Origin: the human T2T-CHM13v2.0 reference genome, Homo sapiens
DNA length: 64,000 nt
Direction: 5' to 3' (one strand)
Assembly: GCF_009914755.1 (NCBI RefSeq)
Contig: NC_060941.1
Part shown: piece by piece, positions 37,395 through 55,434 of the stretch
Position numbering within the stretch: the stretch's first letter is position 1
How the letters are laid out: each line of letters opens with the position of its first letter
Notes under the pieces: generated by a model
The model's input: only the letters and a program-made list of their open reading frames with translations
Databases searched by the model: none
What the model was told of the DNA's origin: nothing
Position numbers and translations under genes: made by a program

Positions 37395-39083
37395 TAATTG
37401 TTTTTTAGCCATTTTCACAAATGCTAGGGAATAGCTCGGTTTAGATACTCGGAACTGTGTCACTGGCCAAGCCTCATATGGAATTGCTCATGTCTTCTAG
37501 GGCTGTAGGTGTGGTCAACAGCATTTTAAATTTGATCTTATTGGACATATGCCTCAGTTTTACCATATCATCTGTTATATGGGGATAATAATAGTAACTG
37601 CCTCCTAATGTTGTTGTGAGGATTAAATGAGTTTGTATTTACCAAGCATGTAGAAAAGTGCCTGGCACATAGTAAGTATTAATCACTGCACTCCTCTCTC
37701 TCTTGCCATTTGGGAAGTTTCTTTCTCACTGAACCATGAGCTCTCCAAGGATAAGAAGCATGTCTGTTTCATTTTCTATCCCCAGCACCTAGTACCCCTC
37801 TCTGGCACACAGTAGGCCCTCAGCAAGCATCTGCTGCCTAAAAGGCACTATCAAGCAGGCAGTATGAAATTCCATTTCTGAGTCTTGAAGAAGGAAGTCA
37901 GGTGGAAAAACAGATAAGAGTCCTACACATAAACGTTTAAGCTTGACAACACGCAAGACCATCAAGGAAGACAGCATGGAGGGAAAATAAATAGAACACT
38001 GAGGAAAGATTGATGGCAGGAGATGGAAGCAAACAGAAAAGGAGTTCTGAAACAATATTCTTTCAAAGAAGCCGTGAAAAGAGTTCAAGGGAATTGAAGT
38101 AAGTCCACAGGAAAGGCTGTCTTAAAAGTGGAGTATGAAAAATTTGTGGTTAGCAAGCAGCTGACTGAGGTTAATTTTTTTTTAAGTCTCAGAGGAAGGA
38201 AATGATATTGTGTAACAGTTTTCTCTAACTTGGCAGGCTTTTAAATGTGGGTCCCGATCTGTCTTGCCAGAAGGGTTGAGAGCTAGGGAGCAGGGAGAAG
38301 GAGGGTATGGGTCTCTCCAAGACTCTGTGTCTTAAGAAGGTTGTATTGAAGTCAGGTTATATCTTCACTCACAATATGAGACAATAAATTCAAATAAAAC
38401 GTCCATTTTTGTCCCCTTATTTTGTTTAGGCTGGTAAAGCAGGTTTGATGATGTTTTTGTCAGGTTGACAAAATTATCAGCAACAAGTTTTTATCTGGAA
38501 TATCTCCCTCATTACACTTGAATTTCAACAGGGTTCCACCACCCAGGAAGACAGAATAACCGGTTTTCTGAGTTTTTCCTGATACGATTCTGGTTATCAC
38601 AAACGACTTGAGATCCCTACTCTTCTTTAAAAGGGCAAGAAAAGGGAATCAATATCAATATTTGATAATGGCATTTAAAAAATAATAGACATCACTTTTG
38701 CGTTTAAAAAATGTTTTTCAATATTTAATTTACAAGTTGAGTACAAGCCATAAAAAATGTTTTTAAAATAAATTTGAGGAATTGAAAACTCCTAAGTGGT
38801 CAATTGAGCCCACATGAATCTACCAAACAAGACTGAAATGTACTTTCACAACATATGGTCTGATGAGGTTTTTCCTGTTAAACAGAGAAAAATAGACCCG
38901 GGGAAGTTGCTGGAAGGCATGAACCATGTACCATTTAAAGAGAGGTTTTCCATACTTATGCAAATGAGACCCCGTTAAAGACTCTACTACAGGATCTAAA
39001 GCTAGCCGCTCCCCAGTCTGGGGCTCAAATGTTCTCATCTGTAAAATAAGGGAAAAGAGAAAGGGTGGTATATGTGTCTGCGT

Positions 39084-39198
39084 ATTAATTATTTGAGTGT
39101 GTGTGTGAATTCTTTGGATATGAAAATAAAGAGAGAAGACATTAATTATTTGGGTGCGTATGTGTGAATTAATTCTTTGGATATGAAAATAAAGAGAG
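39084..39198. repeat. Imperfect tandem duplication with a period of about 57 bp
   Basis: ATTAATTATTTG(A/G)GTG...GAATTCTTTGGATATGAAAATAAAGAGAG occurs at 39084-39135 and 39141-39198. Confidence 0.85.
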
Positions 39199-39300
39199 GG
39201 CCGGGCGCGGTGGCTCACACCTGTAATCCCAGCACTTTGGGAGGCCGAGGCGGGTGGAGGCCAGGACCAGTCTGGGCAACATGGCGAAACCCCATCTCTA

Positions 39301-39549
<249 letters not shown>

Positions 39550-39566
39550 TCAGAATTCGAGACTCA

Positions 39567-39837
<271 letters not shown>

Positions 39838-39839
39838 TC

Positions 39840-40620
39840 AGGAACTTAAGGCCTCGAGCACCTGCACCTCCAGCCCCACCCGCTAACCCTCCCCAGCGTG
39901 GAGATACAGCACAGGGGCCAACATGGCGTCAGCACGCTGGGTCTCGCCTGCGACCCCCGTGACTCCGCACTGCTGCAGCCCGGGCGAGGCCGCGCCCCAT
40001 TGGCCAACTGCAATGAGGTCATTGCGGGGGCGGGGGCCGGCGGCGGCGCAGGGGCGGGGCTTTACGGACGCAAGCACGTCGAAGCGCTGCTCCTGGAGCC
40101 GCGGAGGGTGCGGGTTTGGCTGCGGTGGTTTCTGTGGCGGTTGCTGTGGCGGAGTTTGGAGGTGAGTGGGGGCTGTAGGTTTAGCGCAACAGGGAGCGGC
40201 CCTCGATGGACGTAGGAAATCCTTCTAAGAGCCCCCTTGATTGTCAGAGGAATTAGCGGGGATCTGACGTCTTCGAGATAAAATGGGGGTTCGCCCCCTC
40301 CTTGGGCACCCCTCCTCTGCCCTGAGGAACCGGAGGCTCACTGCCCTTTGGAAGCCCCGCATCTCTTCCCTGCTTTAAGGGGTAGGCGGAGGAACCGGAG
40401 GTTATTGGATAGGCAGAAGAATTTAGGGGGCTTCTTAAAGGGTTTCTCAGTTTGGGGGTTTTCCTCTTCTTTTTTCCCATCTCAAGGTAGATGAGCCTGA
40501 GTCCAGAGAATTCCTGCTCATTGGGTAGACAGGAAATGAAGCAGGTGAATACCGTGGGAGGAGGCGAGGACCGGATGACAGGAGTGAGATTCTTCTAGGC
40601 AGGGCGCGGGGGCGCTGTAG
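39840..40620 (+). promoter_or_regulatory. ATP6V0A1: ATP6V0A1 CpG-island promoter
   Basis: CpG-rich. YY1-like AACATGGCG 39920-39928, inverted CCAAT 39999-40003, CRE-like palindrome 40010-40025, GC boxes 40026-40060. Confidence 0.85.
40070..40161 (+). other. ATP6V0A1: ATP6V0A1 exon 1 (non-coding; start approximate)
   Basis: Consensus donor GAG|GTGAGT at 40161/40162 just downstream of the GC boxes. Confidence 0.8.
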
Positions 40621-42092
40621 TTGGACTCATCTTTTGCAGAATTGCTGTTTCTTCATATTTTGTTTTGTGATCGTCCAGAACTACTTTGGCCTAATTAGTT
40701 TTCTGTTAGCCTCCATTGCTATAGAGATATTCTTGGGAGACCTATAATCATTAAAGAGCAGGAGGACGGAGGCGACTCGTTGGAGGCTTATCATTATCCA
40801 CAGCTCCTGAACTATGCTGACCAGGCCTAATTTTATGTGTTTAGAGGTTGTAGAATCTCTCTTTGTTTAAGGGTGGTGCCGGTAACAGCTGATTTGGATG
40901 ATTCAGATGTACAGAATCTTAAAGTCAGCCTGCATATTCTCTTGAGAAGTCCTTGCTTATGTCTGAGCGTGTGTTACTGTCTTGAACATCACATGCACAA
41001 AGGTTTGTTCGTTCAGATTTCTCAAAATGTCTCCCAGCCTTCCAGAAGAGTAAATCTTCCTTTGATGTCAGACTCATCTATCAGTACTCAGTATAGATGC
41101 CCTTATGACACTAAAAATACTGTGCATTTTTCTGAGTTTGGATACTGGACAGGCTGTGCCTTACATTAGCTGATCGAGAATAAATAATTGCAGTTTCAGG
41201 ACCACTGATAGCGCCAGTTGTCTCATACCCGGCAACAGTAAGACAGCACTAAAACGAAACCTTTATTGGCTCATGAGATTTGACAGATGGAAGAATGTAA
41301 TTAATCTTGAAGGTAGGGTTGAGAAACAGAAAGCTGCAGAGGTGGAAGGCTTATTCTCTGTGGCTTGATAAAACTGCTTTGTCATTATCAGTGTGTTCCT
41401 GTCATGCTTGATTTGAAATTGAGCTTAATATGCAAACTGGTTGCTTTTTCCAGATGACGGTTATTTGTTTGAATTCCTAAGTGGGGAAATATTGTTTTCT
41501 GAGGAATCTGGAAGATTAAACCCTTTAGTGTAGCCATAGCTTTAGGATAGTGCCAGAACTTTGGGCTTTTAGAAATGCGCATTGTCAGTAGAAGGGAGAA
41601 GGATAGTTACAAGGCAGACATCTTTATGAGAGGGTATTGAAGGCCTCTTCTGTTTGTTTCCTGCACTAGCAAAAACAGATTGAGCAGTGTGAAACTCACT
41701 GCCTCAATATTGTGTCCTGGGTATTTAAAGAGTTGTTTGAGGTTCCCAGTTCCTGTCTTTAATCTGGATACATTCTTATCTGTTGAGTTGCCCAAAATAA
41801 TTGTCATTTGATCCTGATGTTGACTGGAATGGAAGTGACTTTTCATCTGACACTCTGTGGGACAGAATTCAGGAACTGCCTTTGCAATTTCTCCTTTCCA
41901 TCTTTCTAGACAGGGTGTCAAAAACAGTTGTTGACCTGTCCTCATGGGGTGTTAGAAATGTAAATGCAAGAGCCGTAGTGGGGTGTCATTTGCTCTTAGC
42001 CCTCGTGGTAATTTCCAAAGTTATGTCATTTTCTCTTTGCTTCAGGTTGGAGAGAAATCCAGGTACTCACTAGACTGGTACCTTCTGCCACC

Positions 42093-42209
42093 ATGGGGGA
42101 GCTTTTCCGGAGTGAAGAAATGACACTGGCCCAGCTTTTTCTACAGTCAGAGGCTGCTTATTGTTGTGTCAGTGAATTAGGAGAACTTGGAAAGGTTCAG
42201 TTTCGTGAC
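42093..42209 (+). CDS. ATP6V0A1: V-ATPase V0 subunit a1, exon 2 coding part (aa 1-39); the exon starts at 42046
   Basis: Acceptor TTTGCTTCAG| and perfect Kozak GCCACCATGG. Translation [39 protein letters not shown]. Donor GAC|GTAAGT. Confidence 0.97.
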
Positions 42210-42775
42210 GTAAGTAGTTGTGGGGCTGCGACTTGATTACTGCTGAACTCTATTGCTATCGTGGTCAGATGCCTTATGATGAATGTTTTGTTTTTTATTT
42301 GCAAAAATAACATTATAGCACTGACTTCCTATTGGCAGAATGCACATTTTGAGTTGTCTTTCTAAAGGTGAGAATGTTTTGTGCCAATCTTTACATGCTT
42401 TTGCTAGCTCCCACTTTCAGAACAGTCCTAAGCATTCTCCAGGTAATTGTTTGGGATGCAGGGAGAGGTTACCAAACTAACCTGATCAAGGCTTTCACTT
42501 GCTAAATAGCAAGGTATTTAAAAAAATATATTGCAGTTTTTCCATATAGTAGGACATTTTAAAAAAAATAAAATTTGAGGTATCCAGCTACAGATATATA
42601 GTATATAAATAAGCATATACTGAATATTCATTATTTTGGAATATTATACTGGGCACTTGGAGAAGCTATCTAAAGAATATGGACAATCTAGCCTGGGTAC
42701 AGTGGCTCACGCCTATAATCCTAACACTTTGGGAGGCTGAGGCGGGCGGATCGGGAGGTCAGGAGTTTGAGATCA

Positions 42776-43027
<252 letters not shown>

Positions 43028-43103
43028 CTATGTTGTCCCTCTGCTTAACATCTATTGGCTCTATTCAGCCTTCTTTTCTTTTACTTATGCTGTACTTCAG
43101 TCA

Positions 43104-43477
<374 letters not shown>

Positions 43478-43572
43478 TTAAGAGGGAAACATTCCGTGTA
43501 TAATTGAAACCTCTGTTTCTCTTTGCTCCATGCCAGTCCTTTCTTCCACCCCAGAGGTAACCCGTACAGTGA

Positions 43573-43754
<182 letters not shown>

Positions 43755-44878
43755 TAAAGGCATGCACCACCATGCCCAGCTAATTTTTGTATTTTTAGTA
43801 GAGACGGGGTTTCACCACATTGGCCAGGCTGGTCTCGAACTTCTGACCTCTGGTGATCCACCCGCCTCGGCCTCCCAAAGTGCTGGGATTACAGGCATGA
43901 GCCACCATACCTGGCCAACAGATATTTCAGTTTCTTCTAGTTCTGTTAATTTTTTTTTAATAATAAAATTTATAACATTAAGAAAAAAAATAGAGATGGG
44001 GGTCTCGCCATGTTACCCAGGTTGGTCTTGAACTCCTGGACTCAAGCGGTTCTCCTGCCTCAGCCTCCCAAAGTGCTAGGATTACCGGTGTGAGCCACTG
44101 TGCCTGGCTGAAATGTACACATCTTAAGAGTACAATTTGCTGAATTGATAACTTTATACACCTCTGTAACCAGCACCCCAATCAGGATATGGAACTTTTT
44201 TTTTTTTTTTTTTTTTTTTTGGAGACAGAATCTTGCTCTGTCGCCCAGGCTGGAGTGTAGTGGTGCGATCTTGGCTCACTGCAACCTCCGTCTCCTGGGT
44301 TCAAGCAATCCTCCCTCAGCCTCCTGAGTAGCTGGGACTACAGGCGCACACCGCCGAGCCCGGCTAATTTTTTTTTTCTATTTTAGTAGAGATGGAGTTT
44401 CACCATGTTGCCCAGGCTGGTCTCGAACTCCTGACCTCAGGTGATCCATCCCCCCTCAGCCTCCCAAAGTGCTAGGATTACAGACGTGAGCCACCAGGCC
44501 CAGACTGAACATTTTCATCAGTCCAGAAAAGTATCTGTGTCTACTGCTAGTCAGTTGCTACCCTTCATAGGTAACCTCTGTTTTGATTGCTGTCATCATA
44601 GGATTAGTTTTCCCTGTTCTTGAATTATATGTAAACGACTCATACATTGCAAACTCATGTCTGACTTCTTTCACTCAGCCTCTGTTTCTTGCATGTATCC
44701 GTAGTTCATTTTTAAAAATTGCCGAACGGTAAGTAGTTCATTGTATGATTACACCACAGTGTTTTCATCCTTTCTTTTGTCATTACTCTTTTGGGGCTAT
44801 TATGATTAAAGCTGAAGTAAACATTATCATAAAAGTCTTTTTTTTAGTTTACAAGTTTTGATTTTTCTTAAGCAAATA

Positions 44879-45306
44879 CAGTTGATCCTTGAAAATGCAG
44901 GGGTTAGGGGTGCCAATCTCCCCATGCAGTCAAAAATCTGCATACAATTTTGACTCCTCCAAAACTTAACTATTGATAGCCTGCTTTTGACCAGAAGCCC
45001 TACCAATTTCATAAACAGTCGATTAATACATATTTTGTATGTTATATGTATTGTACACTGTATTCTTACAATAAAGTAAGCTAGAGAAAAGAAAATACTG
45101 TTAAGAAAATCATAAGGAAGATAAACTGTATTTACTGAAAGTGGATCATCTTGAAGGTCTTCATCCTTATTGTCTTTATGTTGAGGAGGCTGAGGAGGAG
45201 GAAGGGGAGGGGTTGGTCTTACTGTCTCAGGCTGGCCGAGGTGGAGGAAAATCTGTGTGTTAGTGGACCAGCAGAGTTCAAACCCACATTGTTCAAAGGT
45301 CAACAG
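44879..45306. mobile_element. Tigger2a (MER28) non-autonomous DNA transposon, near complete
   Basis: TIRs CAGTTGATCCTTGAA and TTCAAAGGTCAACAG, flanked by TA duplications, inserted in an antisense L1M fragment. Confidence 0.85.
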
Positions 45307-45538
45307 TAACTGAGTAGTGGAATGCTCAGTCATGGGTTGGGTAGGTGTATGTTTAACTTTGTAAGAAACTGCCAACAGTTTTCCACATCTTTTACTTCCT
45401 TTTTAATAGCATTTATCACAACAAATTGTAATAATTGGTTTGTGTCCGTCTCTTCTGTAGAGCTGAAGACTGGGACGTAGCTTATTATTAATCTTAATTG
45501 CTAATAAAAATTTTTGCCTTAGATTCCTCTAATATTAA

Positions 45539-45837
<299 letters not shown>

Positions 45838-46210
45838 TGAACTGCCCGCCTTGGTCTCCCAAAGTGCTGGGATTACAAGCGTGAGCCACCGTGCCCGGCC
45901 AATGTGCTTGTATGTTTCTATGTGTGTATGCATATAATATATATACACACATACGTGATTAAGCTAATAAATTGTGTTGTTCAGCTTTTCAAAGCTAGGA
46001 CATAGCTTATTCTTTGTATTTTCCCCAGTGCCTAGTTCAGTATCTGACACCTATTTGGTGCTTCATAAATGTTGAGTAAATATAGTTCTTTATTTGTGTT
46101 AATTTTATGGAATTTATCACATACTATTTTATTGGTTGGGTTCATCTTCTTCTCTATTAGATTGCAAGCTTTTTATTTAATTTAATTAATTTATTATTAT
46201 TATTTTTTGA

Positions 46211-46318
<108 letters not shown>

Positions 46319-46357
46319 TAGCTGGGATTACAGGCATGTACCATCATGCCCGGCTAA

Positions 46358-46794
<437 letters not shown>

Positions 46795-46872
46795 TAGCTT
46801 TTTAGTGAGTAGTTACTTGTTTTGTTTTTATTTGTATATTCCAGAACATCTGTCATATTGCTTTGAAAATTA

Positions 46873-47312
<440 letters not shown>

Positions 47313-47626
47313 TCATTGCCCAAATTTTAGGTGGTGGGAAGGAAGCTCACTGAGACTTTTGCCTAGGAAGAACATTTTTGTACCGTTGTGTTTTACCTAA
47401 TTTGCCTCCATTCCAGTAATGTTGCAGCAACGAGGGAGGAAGTTTTTATCCTTAGCTGGTGTGACTGGCCATAAAGCAGTTTTTTTGGATCAGTAGACAG
47501 TTTTGATTAGTGTTGCATCATGCATTGACAGAAAATTAGTTTTTCGCTTTGCAGAATGTGTTGCTTGAGAAACAGAAGAAATAGATACAATATTTCAATG
47601 TTTGGTATTGTGTTTTTATTTTTCAG

Positions 47627-47705
47627 TTAAATCCAGATGTGAATGTTTTCCAACGGAAATTTGTGAATGAAGTTAGAAGATGTGAAGAAATGGATCGAAA
47701 GCTTC
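47627..47705 (+). CDS. ATP6V0A1: ATP6V0A1 exon 3 (79 nt)
   Basis: TTTCAG| LNPDVNVFQRKFVNEVRRCEEMDRKL+C |GTATGT. Frame is continuous with exon 2. Confidence 0.97.
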
Positions 47706-48063
47706 GTATGTGCACTTTGGTCTTGTGTAATGTTCCTTTAATGAATCATTTGTCTTAGATTAGTGACATTAGTCCTCTTAATAGAGGAAGAAAATGTTAT
47801 AAGAGAAAAGGGAAAAATCTTGCAGTTAAGATGCCAAGGTGTATTTCTCGTATACGAGTAGATTTTGTGGTCTTTGGGCTAAGTAGTGCTTAATGGAAAC
47901 CTCGTTTGAAATAACATGCTGCAAACTGAAAACTGGTTGTTTTTTTGTGAGATTTTAATAACAAAACTACATGATAGAATTTTGAGAAATAGGACCCAGC
48001 ACACCATCAGTTTTTGTCAGCAGAGCCACCTTTTAATTTGAGCTATTTAAGAGGGAAGAAACT

Positions 48064-48376
<313 letters not shown>

Positions 48377-48399
48377 CTAAGTTCTCTTGAGGGCTAGGT

Positions 48400-48600
48400 T
48401 GCTCATATACATTACTTTATTCATTCTCCACAACATTCCTTCAAGATGGGTATTATCTTATTTAATAATTGAGGAAACTAAAGATTAGAGAGGCTTAATG
48501 ACTTGCCCTAGATCATAAACAGTTATGATGGAATCAGTATTTGAAGCCAGGTTGCTCTCTCTGGCTCAAAAGTCCATGATCTTGCCACTCTACTAAGCCA
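48400..48600 (-). mobile_element. MIR fragment
   Basis: Core-like ATTGAGGAAACTAAAGATTAGAGAGGCTTAATGACTTGCC. Confidence 0.7.
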
Positions 48601-49206
48601 GCTTATGGTTAGCTGATAAGTGAATTTGGTCCCCACTATAAAAAACAGTTGTAGTTGTTACCTGAAACACTCTTCTCTTCTGGTATTTTGTGTCCTTATT
48701 ACCTGTTCTGCTTTTTCATTTTTGTTTTTTATGCTTAAAACTGACCTGATTGTTTTCAAATTTAATGAACCCCTTTAGATCTAGAGTTGTCTCACTAGTG
48801 TGTTAAGTGTCAAATATTCTATTGCATTATACTCTTCTTCATAACTCTGCTTTGCCAATAATATCTATAAGCAGAACTGTCATACTTTGGAGTGGCATTC
48901 GCGTATGGAGGAGAGGTGTGGCCTTGAAGGCCAGTGTTAAGACCTGAAGAAGGAAAGAAGGCAGTTGTGGGATGACCACCCTTTGGAGTAACTTTAGAGA
49001 ATGTGAGGAAGGAGAAAGAGGGATGGGGAGAAAAAAGGTGCTTCTTTCATATTAAAAGATATTATATCTTTTATATATATATATAAAGTATCTTTTTTGA
49101 ATAAAACTTTTTGTAGCCAGGTCTTAGATGTTAATTCTTTTCCTTAAATAATGGCAATTACGAGCATGTGCAGTTAGACATGAATGTTTTGATTCTGTCA
49201 TTTTAG

Positions 49207-49304
49207 GATTTGTTGAGAAAGAGATAAGAAAAGCTAACATTCCGATTATGGACACCGGTGAAAACCCAGAGGTTCCCTTCCCCCGGGACATGATTGACTT
49301 AGAG
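49207..49304 (+). CDS. ATP6V0A1: ATP6V0A1 exon 4 (98 nt)
   Basis: TTTTAG| (R)FVEKEIRKANIPIMDTGENPEVPFPRDMIDLE |GTAAAC. Confidence 0.97.
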
Positions 49305-49444
49305 GTAAACACTTCTGGGAAAACCAGAAAAGTTTCTTTCTACTTGAACGCAGAAATTACTTTCCTGAGCAGATAGAGAGTAAAGTAATTCTTGCTAACT
49401 TTGTCAGCATTATCTACTGATTGTAAGTTTCTTGTAGGTGGGAT

Positions 49445-49930
49445 TTTGATAGATAATATTTGTACACATTTATGGTGTACATGTGATATTTTGGTATATA
49501 CATAGAATGTGTATATACCAAGTCAGGGTATTTGGAGTATCCATCACCTTGAGTATTTACCATTTCTATGTGTTGGGAACATTTCAATTCTTCTCTTCTA
49601 GCTATTTTGAAATATATACAGTACATTGCTGTTAACTATAGGCACCCTACTCTGCTATTGAGCATTAGAACTTATGCCTTCTATCTAACTGTATGTTTGT
49701 CCACATTAACCAACCTCTCTTCATCCCCCCACAAACCCACACACCCTTCATAGCCTCTGGTATCTATCATTCCACTCCCTACCTCTATGAGATCAACTTT
49801 TTTAGCTCCCACATATGAGTGAAAACTTGTATTATTTGTCTGTGCCCTGCTTATTTCGCTTAACATAATGACCTCCAGTTCTATCCATGTTGCTGCAAAT
49901 GACATGATTTTATTCTTTTTTTATGGCCAG
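49445..49930 (-). mobile_element. L1MA 3' end fragment
   Basis: Antisense L1MA 3'UTR (TTAGCTCCCACATATGAGTG; CCATGTTGCTGCAAATGAC). Confidence 0.8.
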
Positions 49931-50499
49931 ACCATATGAATCCCCTCTTTTATGGTGACAAACAGCACTCAAACAGTATTATATGCCACTAAGTAAATGT
50001 TTATTGGTTTATCGAAACCTTATTGGAGTAAGTTATCTACTATTTTATTTTATTTTATTTTTGAGACATAGCTATCACCTAGGCTGGACTACAGTGACCC
50101 CATCTTGGCTCACTGCAACCCCTGCCTCCCAGGCTCAAGCAGTTCTAGTACCTCAGCCTCCAGAGTAGCTGAGACGATAGCTGTGTGCCAACATGCCTGG
50201 CTAATTTTTTTGTATTTTTTGTAGAGATGGGATTTTCCCATGTTGGCCAGCTTGATCTCGAACTCCTAACCTCAAGCAATCTGCCTGCCTCAGCCTCCCA
50301 AAGTACTGGGATTACAGGTGTGAGCTACCACACCTGGCCTATCTACTAGTTGGTTAATCTTGCAATCTTGCAGACTAAATGGGCAGCCAGTAGACTTCTC
50401 AGTAATTATTTTATCCATCTGAAATCGCCTGAGAAAGTTACCAAGTATACAATAGAATGTGTAAACAAAGAAAGACTATTTTTTTGACTTCTACAATGA

Positions 50500-50754
<255 letters not shown>

Positions 50755-50853
50755 TGACCTCAGATGAGCCACCCACCTCAGACTCCCTAAGTGCTGGGAT
50801 TACAGGAGTGAGTCACCATGCCCGGCCAGGAAAGACTATTTATTTATTTATGA

Positions 50854-51012
<159 letters not shown>

Positions 51013-51281
51013 TAGTAGAGACGTGGTTTCACCATTTTGGTCAGGCTGGTCTCGAACTCCTGACCTCAAGTGATCCACCCGCCTCGGCCCAGGAGAGATT
51101 ATTTTAAGCAAAAAAATTTCCATAAAGAAAATTGCTCTAGTAAAATCACAGTATTTGCTAGGCAAGTCCAAGTTCTCTTTGAACTATCGGCTTGGCAACA
51201 GTTCTGTGGGATGAATTCATTTAATGTCTTTCAGAGCAAACATATTGAGCTTAGCTTAATATATTTTCTTATTTCATCTAG

Positions 51282-51410
51282 GCCAATTTTGAGAAGATTG
51301 AAAATGAACTGAAGGAAATCAACACAAACCAGGAAGCTCTGAAGAGAAACTTCCTGGAACTGACCGAATTAAAATTTATACTTCGCAAAACTCAGCAATT
51401 TTTTGATGAG
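51282..51410 (+). CDS. ATP6V0A1: ATP6V0A1 exon 5 (129 nt, phase 0-0)
   Basis: CATCTAG| [43 protein letters not shown] |GTCAGA. Confidence 0.97.
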
Positions 51411-52019
51411 GTCAGACTATTGTTTCTTTTAGTATTTGAGCAGCTGATATTATACTCACACAAGTGGGCCATATTTTTATTCCAGTAATTATTTTAATTT
51501 GCTAGTTTGGAAGCAATGCCATTTTTGCACCCTGTTTTAGTTACAGAAATGTGAGATTATGTTCCATTTTTCATGCAGTACACAACCAGCCATGGTTTTG
51601 CATTTTTTCACATTTTCTTCAATTTTTCATCTCAATATGAGGAAAAGAACCCTGAAGTAGTTGTATAAACATAGTTAGTATAAATTTTTACATTATATTT
51701 ATACTTATAAGGTAAGTATATGCTTAAGGTTAAAGCTGAGGAAGCAAACATTTGGTTATAGACAAAATTATAACAAAGGTTTAATCACCAAACCTTTTGT
51801 CATCAAATTTTTATTTCATTGTCTATGTTTGCTTATAAACCTTCGAGCACATTTTTCAGTACTTCAGATAGCACACATCACACTAATTTTTCAAGAGTTT
51901 TTCATTGTATTTATTGTATGGAAAATATTGGTAGGATGCTTGTTTGAAACTTCTGGATTATCACATAAACTTAGACGCATTACCTCAGAGGGAAAAATGT
52001 TAGTAAAGTTCTTGGGTTA

Positions 52020-52943
<924 letters not shown>

Positions 52944-53145
52944 TTAGTCCAGGTGACAATGTGCTGAGGTGACTCCATGGAAAGGATCTGGAGCAAGGCT
53001 TCCAGAATGCTCCCTTCTCCTAACTCAGTCTGGGGAGGAGTCTTAGCTTTCAACTTGGATGTGGTTTTTCTGATGGCCTAAAGTACAGTAACTGTCTTCT
53101 TGACAGGTGTCTTTGCCACCAGATTGACAATATTAGACACTTTAG

Positions 53146-53544
<399 letters not shown>

Positions 53545-53714
53545 TAGAGTCCCATTTTAGTTAGCATCTGCTGTGTTCTCAGTTGTACTTTAAATTTATA
53601 TATATAGTTTTTATTTTTATTTTTTATTGTTTTTAGGCCGGGCGCGGTGGCTAACGCCTATAATCCCAGCACTTTGGGAGGCCGAGGCAGGGGGATCACG
53701 AGGTCAGGAGTTCA

Positions 53715-54166
<452 letters not shown>

Positions 54167-55146
54167 GGCTAGAGAAGGTCTGCTGAGGATGTGATACATT
54201 CCTCACTAATTTAAGGATTTGACTCAGAAGCCATTTAATTAAAAGGATCTGCTGGGTCAAGGGAAAGGGGAAAAACTCATATGAATTTAATTGCCTGGTC
54301 CTTTCAAGAGTCAGAAGGTACAAATATTTATTTAGTTTGCTCACAGAGTCGAGAATTTTGAGACTAGTGGTAACTTCTTTCGCCAGTCCCTAATGACATC
54401 ACGTTAGAGGGTGTGGGACAGTGTGATTAACTCTAAGTGTTTAAGGTCTTTTGCAATAGGCATCGCCACTTAAGCTGTATGTTTTTAATGAACCTGGAAT
54501 TCCAGCATGCTCACTGCCCAGACGTTATTGTATTTTTGTTCACTAATTCACTGAGCATATAATGAGCACCTACTTATTGTGAGACACAAGATGAGTAAGA
54601 CATGGTCCCTGTGTTTAAGGAATGTATCATTCAGTCTTAAGAAATACCCCAGAACATGACGCTTTCATATGCTCACAGATGTGTGCTTTTCTAAACATAT
54701 CCAAGCTGCTACCCACAGATCTGATGTAAACCTGGCCTTGTAGTCAGAGCTCAGCTACCTTTTAGCATTATTTGGAGCTTAATTCTTTTACCTTCCCTGT
54801 CCCCATTTTTTTCCCTTTTGATATACTGTTTAGTTTACTGCTGAGATATTGCTATCTCATATGAAAATGTCTTTCAAGACCTCGTAAGTTTAAGAATGAG
54901 AGCCAGCTTCCTATTATGGTTCATTTTTGGAGAAATTCCGAATAAAGACTGATAGATGGATTCCCTTAAGGGAAATAATTATTTAAACTATTAATTTTCT
55001 AATGAAAAGAACTTAGTAAAAATGAAAATAAGAGGAACCACTTGGAAAAATGATATTTTAAAATCATAATTTATGGATTTAGGACTTTTATTTTGTGAAT
55101 AATAAGTCTAAACACTAAATGCCTGTTTTGAGAAGGCAGACTCTAA

Positions 55147-55434
<288 letters not shown>

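Noticed and set aside
39840-40620. CLEAR (TFEB) element expected for a V-ATPase gene
   Set aside because: Only partial matches seen (CGTGAC, CACGTC); no GTCACGTGAC or clean CACGTG in the proximal promoter.
44827-45375. 182-aa minus-strand ORF
   Set aside because: Lies in a non-autonomous Tigger2a fossil with no transposase DDE domain.
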